Origin: Candidatus Latescibacterota bacterium
Lineage (GTDB): Bacteria > JAAXHH01
Direction of reading: 5' to 3'
Length of the DNA stretch: 64,000 nt
NCBI GenBank assembly: GCA_022822725.1
Contig: JAJEAN010000007.1
Span: 562,382-626,381, forward strand
Within the stretch, counting starts at the first letter, position 1, and every line of letters begins with the position of its first letter. Shown in pieces: positions 59,625 to 64,000 of this stretch. Under the pieces are notes generated by a model that worked only from the letters and a program-made list of their open reading frames with translations, had not been told where the DNA came from and searched no databases. A program made the translations under genes and the position numbers.

Positions 59625-62615
59625 CTACACCTCCGGCGCATGTTCTTCGGTCTCGGACGATTCTTCGTCTGCTTCTGGTGATCTGAGCAGTTTCTGAATC
59701 AGCCGGGTCCGTTCTTTCTCGACTTCGGTCCGCATCTGCCGGTCCTCGTCGATATCGAAGTACTTCCTTCCGTCGATCCACGTCTGTTCGCACTTCGTGT
59801 AGGTGGACAGGGGATGGCCGTTCCAGATCACGAAATCGGCGTCCTTGCCCGCCTCGAGCGATCCAACCCAGGGATCGACGGCCAGTTGTATCGCCGCGTT
59901 CAATGTGACGAACTTCAGGGCTTCCACCTCGTCCACCCCGCCGTACTTCACCGCCTTGGCGGCTTCCGTGTTCAAACGCCGGGCGAGTTCGTCACTGTCG
60001 GAGTTGAAGGTGACCAGTACGTCTGCGTCGTGCATCAACGCTCCGTTATAGGGAATGGCGTCGTAGGCTTCTACCTTGAAGGCCCACCAGTCGCTGAAAG
60101 CGGATGCGCCCGCGCCGTGGGCGGCCAGCTCCGGCGCGACCTTGTAGCCCTCCAGGACGTGCTGAAAGGTTCCGATCGTGAACCCGAAGTCTTCGGCCAC
60201 CCGGAGGAGCATCAGGATCTCGTCCTGGCGATAGGAGTGGCAGTGGACAAGGCGTTCACCGGTGAGGACTTCCTGCAGCGTTTCCAGTTCGAGGTCCCGG
60301 CGGGGCGGCACGACGTCGGACTTGTCCTCCAGCGCCTCGTATCTGTCCCACGCCTGCTGGTATTCCCGGGCCGCCTGGAACCGGTCTCGGATGATCTGCT
60401 CAATCCCCATGCGGCTCTGCGGATAGCGAGTGCTGAGAATGCGCCAGTTGCTGCGCTTGACGTTCTCGCCCAGGGCGAACTTGATCCCCGCCTTTGCCTC
60501 GGAGAATTTGAGTTCCTCGGGGCCGGCGCCCCACCTCAGCTTGATGATCTGGTTCTTCCCTCCGATGGGGTTGGCCGAACCGTGCAGCACGTTGGCCACC
60601 GTGAGTCCTCCGGCCAGTTCCCGGTACATGGCGATATCGTAGCTGTCGATGACGTCGCCGATACCCACCTCCGCGGTCACAGCCTGCGTACCTTCGTTAA
60701 TGCCCTCCAGGATAGCCGTGTGCGAATGGGCGTCGATGATGCCGGGGGTGATGTGCTTGCCGGTACCGTCGATCTCCACGGCGTTTTCCGGCGCCGTGAT
60801 GCCCGTGCCGACTACCGCGATCTGTCCTTTGCGGATCAAAATATCCGCGTGCTCCAGCTTGCCCCGCCCGTCCAGCGTCCACACCGTGGCGTTCCTGACG
60901 ACGAGATGTTCCGGTTGTGCCGGTGCGCTCGCCCTGCCGAAGGCGCCCGGAGGGTACAGCGCTGAAGGTTCAGGCACATCGGCCGGCGCGGGTATGTCCT
61001 TCGTTTCCGCTTCACGCGGTGCGGTGCGTTCGGCCGACCAGGCCACGCTTTCGCCGCCGGGCCGGATCCCCCGGCCGGTGATCCGGTCTCCCTGGATCGA
61101 ACCCGAGAAACGCCATACGCCGGCTTCTCCCAGCGCCTCATCCTCCACGCTGAACGCGATGCGCGCGTCTTCCAACATCATGCGGACGGCCTTCATGGCG
61201 TTCCCGTCCTTGTCGAGGGTAGCTTTCGGCGCTCCAGGTGCGCCTTCAATGGACAGCGACAGGCTGTCGCCCTGCAGGACGGCCATCCATGCGCCCCTTG
61301 GATCGGTGACGGGCCGGGGGGTGACCACGTGGCGGTTACCCGCGACCCAGACGTCCTGAACCTCCACGTTTTCTGCGAAAAGAGGGCCGTCGGTGATGGT
61401 CAGGTTGGCCAGCTTGCCGGGATCCAGGGTACCGAGCCGGCTGCTCAGTCCGAGCATGGACGCCGGGGTCGTGGTCAACGCGGCAAGCGCCGCTTCATAG
61501 GCCAGCCCGTGCTCAATCGCCTCACGCACCCTTTCGTGAAAACCGGCGCCATTGTCCAGTCTCGTACTGCTCAGTGCGATGGGGATTCCGGCACGATGCA
61601 GTCTCCCGGGATTCCCAGGCGCCAGTTCCCAGTGACGCAGCGTTGCCAGGGTGACGTCCAGGGCGTCTTCCGGCGTGGAAACGGAAAAATCGTTCGACCG
61701 GGGAAAATCGAGGGGCAGGATGACAGGCGCACCCACTTCGCGGACCGCCTCCAGCATGCGGTACTCATGGCCGCTGCCCCGCAGGAGGATTCGCAATCCG
61801 AATTCTTCGGCCAAACGGGCGGCGCGCAGAAAGGCATGGTCGTCGTCGACACTCATGAGCACGGCCTGGCTGCCGGCAGCCACCCTGTCCAGCGCCGCCA
61901 GTGCGTCATTGTCCTCCGGTCGGTCCTGTCGGGGATTCGCGGCGTAGGCCGTGTGGGCGTTCCGGTACCACTGCGCGTCGAGGATCGTCTGACGCATGAG
62001 GGCCACGACACCCATCATGGAGGCCGGATAGGTGCGGCTCCGGTTTCGTTTCATGCGCAGGTGCTGGAAGACGTCGCGCTTAAGAATGTTCTGGTTGGGG
62101 GATCCGGAACCCAGGTTGACTACCGCGCTGCTGCCCGCGAATATACCTCGATCGGCCACGACCATGGCCGCCGCGAATCCCGTCTTCCGCAATCGTTCGA
62201 TCTCGGTCTCCGTGACGCGATACGCTTCGGCGGCGGAACGCTCCGGGCGGACGGCGGGGTTCCAGTAGGTGGACCCCGAGGTTTGGCGCCCTTCCTCTTC
62301 CGGCAGTCCGGCCTGCGTGAACATCTCGATCAACCCGGGGTAAATCGTCCGGCCGGAGTAGTCCCACCGCTGGGCATCCGGCGGGATGTCGACCGAAGCC
62401 CCCGCCCCGACGATCAGCCCGTCCCGGATGACCACGATCCCTTTCTCGATCACGAGATCGGGACGGACGTATATCCGGGCGTTTTCCAGGGCGTGTACCC
62501 GCGAAGGGTTTTCCCGCAAACCCGCCTGCGGTACCGTCTGCTGGGCCTCCGCGGCGAGGTTGACGGCCCCGGCCAGCAGCGCGGCAGGGACCAGACTCCA
62601 ACAGTTCTTCAACAT
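59625..62615 (-). CDS. large amidohydrolase family protein (996 aa, probably two amidohydrolase-like modules), secreted
   Basis: Signal peptide MLKNCWSLVPAALLAGAVNLAA; GIIDAHSH metal site in second half; paired with the 467-aa amidohydrolase downstream. Confidence 0.75.
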   Translation of the reverse strand: MLKNCWSLVPAALLAGAVNLAAEAQQTVPQAGLRENPSRVHALENARIYVRPDLVIEKGIVVIRDGLIVGAGASVDIPPDAQRWDYSGRTIYPGLIEMFTQAGLPEEEGRQTSGSTYWNPAVRPERSAAEAYRVTETEIERLRKTGFAAAMVVADRGIFAGSSAVVNLGSGSPNQNILKRDVFQHLRMKRNRSRTYPASMMGVVALMRQTILDAQWYRNAHTAYAANPRQDRPEDNDALAALDRVAAGSQAVLMSVDDDHAFLRAARLAEEFGLRILLRGSGHEYRMLEAVREVGAPVILPLDFPRSNDFSVSTPEDALDVTLATLRHWELAPGNPGRLHRAGIPIALSSTRLDNGAGFHERVREAIEHGLAYEAALAALTTTPASMLGLSSRLGTLDPGKLANLTITDGPLFAENVEVQDVWVAGNRHVVTPRPVTDPRGAWMAVLQGDSLSLSIEGAPGAPKATLDKDGNAMKAVRMMLEDARIAFSVEDEALGEAGVWRFSGSIQGDRITGRGIRPGGESVAWSAERTAPREAETKDIPAPADVPEPSALYPPGAFGRASAPAQPEHLVVRNATVWTLDGRGKLEHADILIRKGQIAVVGTGITAPENAVEIDGTGKHITPGIIDAHSHTAILEGINEGTQAVTAEVGIGDVIDSYDIAMYRELAGGLTVANVLHGSANPIGGKNQIIKLRWGAGPEELKFSEAKAGIKFALGENVKRSNWRILSTRYPQSRMGIEQIIRDRFQAAREYQQAWDRYEALEDKSDVVPPRRDLELETLQEVLTGERLVHCHSYRQDEILMLLRVAEDFGFTIGTFQHVLEGYKVAPELAAHGAGASAFSDWWAFKVEAYDAIPYNGALMHDADVLVTFNSDSDELARRLNTEAAKAVKYGGVDEVEALKFVTLNAAIQLAVDPWVGSLEAGKDADFVIWNGHPLSTYTKCEQTWIDGRKYFDIDEDRQMRTEVEKERTRLIQKLLRSPEADEESSETEEHAPEV

Positions 62616-62687
62616 GGTCCACCTCCTGAACCCACGAAACGTATCATACTCGAAACCTGCTGTTACACTGGCACTTACATATTTCTT

Positions 62688-63212
62688 CTACATCAACAGT
62701 TCAACGACTTTGTCCACGGCCTGCCCGATCCGTCCGGAGAGTCCGCCATCGTCGAGCCGGCCGATGGGATGATCGACTTCGATGATCGGAAAGTCACCGC
62801 GGCCGAGTTGCTCCGCCATCACCCGCGCGGTGTGCGTGAAGCTGGTCGTGCACAACAGCACGGACGGTAGTTCCAGGTGCTCGAGGATGAGGGCATCGTG
62901 CATGCTGCACGCGCTGCAGGAGCCTCAGTCGCCGACGCCCACGAGCGCGAAATTGCAGCGCCGCACAATGAGATCGGTCATCTCGCCGGACAGCACGCGG
63001 CTGGCGCTTTCCTTGGTGAATTCGTGCGACTGCACGGGATGGTCCAGTCGTTTGCGCAACTGCTCGAAGACACCACGCAGTATGACATCGGCATTGGGCT
63101 TTCCGTTGCCCACCAGCGCGGCTACGGAGTGCCCGGGACCGAGCGGTCGGGGGGCCGGCCGAAGATCCGCGGCGGAGGCGGTGGCGGTGGGGTCGACGAG
63201 GGTGATGGGCAT
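62688..63212 (-). CDS. UGSC-family selenoprotein, single gene containing in-frame UGA (selenocysteine) at 62925-62927
   Basis: ORFs 62925..63386 and 62688..62903 are in the same frame separated only by TGA, reading VGVGD-U-GSCSACSMHDALI (U-G-S-C redox motif). Hairpin CUGCA-GCGCG-UGCAG begins 5 nt after the UGA (SECIS position). Start assigned to ATG 63212 (GGAG..AAGGA RBS) downstream of the neighbouring gene's stop. Confidence 0.55.
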
Positions 63213-63268
63213 ATTCCTTGCTCCGGTAGCCGTGGGGTGCCGTCGGAACGGCAGTGCATTCAGGGTCG

Positions 63269-64000
63269 CTATTTTCGGGAGACCAGGCGCGTCACAGGTC
63301 GAGACCCGACCCCTCTGCCCGCACCCAGCCAGGACGGGATGATGGCGGAGTGTCCGCCCGCGGAACCTCCCGCGAAGATGATCCACAGGCCTTCCCGGTC
63401 CGGCGTCAGGGTGATGCGTTCATCGGGTTCCAGATCGTCGTGCCGGCCTGTGTCGTGGATTTCGCGTCCGGCCGCCGCCGTACGTTCGAACAGCGCACCC
63501 CGGATCGTATCGCGCGTCCACACGGCCCTGCCGAAGACCGATCGGTGTTCCGGGCAGATGACGAAAACGATGGCGGCGCCGGCGTAGTTGGTCGTGCGGG
63601 CAACGCGCGCGAACGAATCGATCAGGCCTTCGGGCTCGTCGTTCACGTGGTCGGCCACGGAATGGGGGGCTTCCGCGGCGAATACCGTTACGGCACTCTG
63701 GTCCGGGGGAACACCCAGCTCTTCTCCCTGGGTCGGCCAGCCGGCGCAATGCGCCTCCGGCAGGCAGTACGCGATACGCCCGGCATGGGCTACCGTCGCC
63801 CGGTCCAGGTCGCCGGGCACGCTGCCGATACCGTTTCGGATCACCAGGTTCAGGGCCCTGCCCAGTGTCAGATTGGAACGGTTGCCCGCGCCGAGTACCG
63901 CTGTTTCCGCATTGAAACCCAGCGCTGCGACGACGGGTCCGTGCACGATGACCAGCGGCGCCGCGCCTCCGGTGCTGGCCGACGGTCCGACGATGTTGAA
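63269..64000 (-). CDS. hypothetical protein, C-terminal part (5' end beyond window)
   Basis: Frame open to the window end; no stop between 63946 and 64000. No family confidently recognised. Confidence 0.5.
   Translation of the reverse strand, partial: FNIVGPSASTGGAAPLVIVHGPVVAALGFNAETAVLGAGNRSNLTLGRALNLVIRNGIGSVPGDLDRATVAHAGRIAYCLPEAHCAGWPTQGEELGVPPDQSAVTVFAAEAPHSVADHVNDEPEGLIDSFARVARTTNYAGAAIVFVICPEHRSVFGRAVWTRDTIRGALFERTAAAGREIHDTGRHDDLEPDERITLTPDREGLWIIFAGGSAGGHSAIIPSWLGAGRGVGSRPVTRLVSRK

Noticed and set aside
62904-62924. Alternative reading of the selenoprotein locus as two independent small genes (62925..63386 and 62688..62903)
   Set aside because: Same frame, separated only by a TGA; the junction creates a U-G-S-C motif and a hairpin follows the UGA. 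The downstream ATG at 62903 lacks an obvious RBS. Two-gene interpretation kept only as the fallback if Sec machinery is absent.

Overview
High-GC (~65%) bacterial chromosomal window from a Gram-negative (diderm), probably marine organism; taxonomy cannot be fixed from the sequence alone. It is gene-dense, with about 55 protein genes and no rRNA, tRNA or CRISPR array recognised. Main content, in order along the window:

- A BCCT osmolyte transporter, a TonB-dependent receptor, a methyltransferase and a penicillin/AHL-acylase-family Ntn hydrolase.
- A candidate catabolic cluster (11.2-27.3 kb): three phytanoyl-CoA-dioxygenase (PhyH) family Fe/2OG oxygenases, a formylglycine-type sulfatase, a 2-hydroxyacid dehydrogenase, a Zn-ADH, a ManD/RspA-type enolase-superfamily dehydratase and an SDR, next to a complete Dpp/Opp-type peptide ABC transporter.
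- A low-GC islet carrying a HicB antitoxin and a truncated HicA remnant.
- A Tat-signal PLP aminotransferase, an APH-family kinase, FtsH with unusual N- and C-terminal extensions directly behind an ECF sigma factor, and an alanine:cation symporter.
- A second peptide ABC module with no ATPases, a DsbA-like protein, a DUF2961/GH172 protein, an MFS transporter, an FMN-dependent alpha-hydroxyacid dehydrogenase and oligopeptidase A.
- Five Gfo/Idh/MocA oxidoreductases across the window (11.2, 34.5, 47.0 and 57.1 kb) and two xylose-isomerase-like TIM-barrel proteins.
- Futalosine-pathway genes mqnB and mqnD, an M55 D-aminopeptidase, an NhaC antiporter and a large unknown polytopic membrane protein.
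- Two secreted amidohydrolases (467 and 996 aa).

The most notable call is at the right end: a UGSC-family selenoprotein with an in-frame UGA (Sec) at 62925-62927, followed by a hairpin at the SECIS position. The ORF track splits this gene into two ORFs.

A striking sequence-level signature is the abundance of short tandem duplications (9-24 bp, 2-9 copies). They occur in many intergenic regions and also in frame inside several genes: the SBP signal peptide, MqnB, the oligopeptidase C-terminus, the FtsH tail and the N-terminus of the membrane protein. Some coordinates were derived by hand counting and may be off by a few bases.
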